A program made the position numbers and the translations under genes. A stretch of 37,376 nt of DNA from a virus. The stretch lies in UHGV virus genome UHGV-0029172; one strand, given 5' to 3'. The notes under the pieces were generated by a model, which did not search any database, was not told the origin of the DNA, and worked only from the letters and a program-made list of their open reading frames with translations. Positions 36,742 to 37,376 of the stretch are shown piece by piece (the stretch's first letter is position 1; each line of letters starts with the position of its first letter).

Positions 36742-37376
36742 AATCATTATTTACGTATCAGGAAGAGTTAAGGGTACAAGGGGTACTCGATGGCGGTCTA
36801 TATTTCATGACTAACGCCATTTCAAGGAAGAAGTGCGGTGGGTGGTTTCGAATGAGGGCTGGTGTTTTGGTACGTGGCACGCCACTGCAATGTATTTATC
36901 CATCAGTACTCATTCAAAAGTACCTGGAAAAAATGCCTGCTATGCCAAGCGGGCAAATTGCTTACATGTGGAATTAAGTAATTAACGATAAAGCCAGAGT
37001 ATTATCATTTATTATACCCCTTCATTTAATCAGGTTAATTACTCAAATCACTGAACTATTCTCTGTTCGCTCACTGATGATAAGTGAGTACCACAACCAA
37101 TGTATGTAGAACAATGCCGTAGAGTAAGGATGAAATGTCTCTGCCACGCCTTAAACATCTACTACTGACCAGAACACCCGCCGCAGGCAGATGAGTTTTG
37201 TGAGCGTTACAGGAGCGTGGCTATGCTCATTAACCAACGCTATTGAGATATAAATTTCTAACACTTGAAAAACGATTTTCACTAATAAATTATAACGGTT
37301 TTTTGGTAATGACTCCAACTTATTGATAGTGTTTTATGTTCAGATAATGCCCGATGACTTTGTCATGCAGCTCCAC

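Noticed and set aside
36708-36977. 89-aa plus-strand ORF starting inside the attR tRNA remnant
   Set aside because: Begins within the tRNA 3' fragment, no RBS, composition of non-coding DNA; likely spurious.

Overview
The window is an enterobacterial (E. coli-like) chromosomal segment carrying a complete P2/186-family (Peduovirus-like) prophage of about 31.3 kb inserted in a tRNA-Ile(CAU) gene. Host part (1-5428): the 3' end of the csiD-lhgO operon (lhgO 16-1284 and csiD 1304-2281, both minus strand), a ygaQ-like reading frame broken by three in-frame TAG codons (2617-4869), and an AT-rich spacer. Prophage (5459-36731, bounded by a 36-bp direct repeat): the left arm holds B/ogr and the full late tail, baseplate, lysis and head gene set in P2 order on the minus strand (D,U,T,E/E',FII,FI,G,H,I,J,W,V,S,R,lysC,lysB,endolysin,holin,X,L,M,N,O), then P and Q on the plus strand, the cos site, replication gene A, a 186-type early operon (apl, cII, small early genes) and cI-int. 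Homology calls rest on recall of P2/186 and E. coli protein sequences, not on a database search. The best candidates for a previously undescribed system are two visibly AT-rich cargo islands at classical P2-family variable positions: (1) a two-gene module of membrane-anchored proteins between the SOS-controlled tum-like gene and cos (25972-27701); (2) a two-gene module between int and attR (35322-36493) encoding a putative PD-(D/E)xK nuclease-like protein and a small SEC-C/zinc-ribbon protein. Neither matches a defence family I can name. Other points: the tRNA copy at attL has an aberrant 3' acceptor strand, and a LexA box precedes the tum-like gene. The ORF track uses GTG/TTG as starts in places, so several CDS starts were moved to the first plausible ATG.
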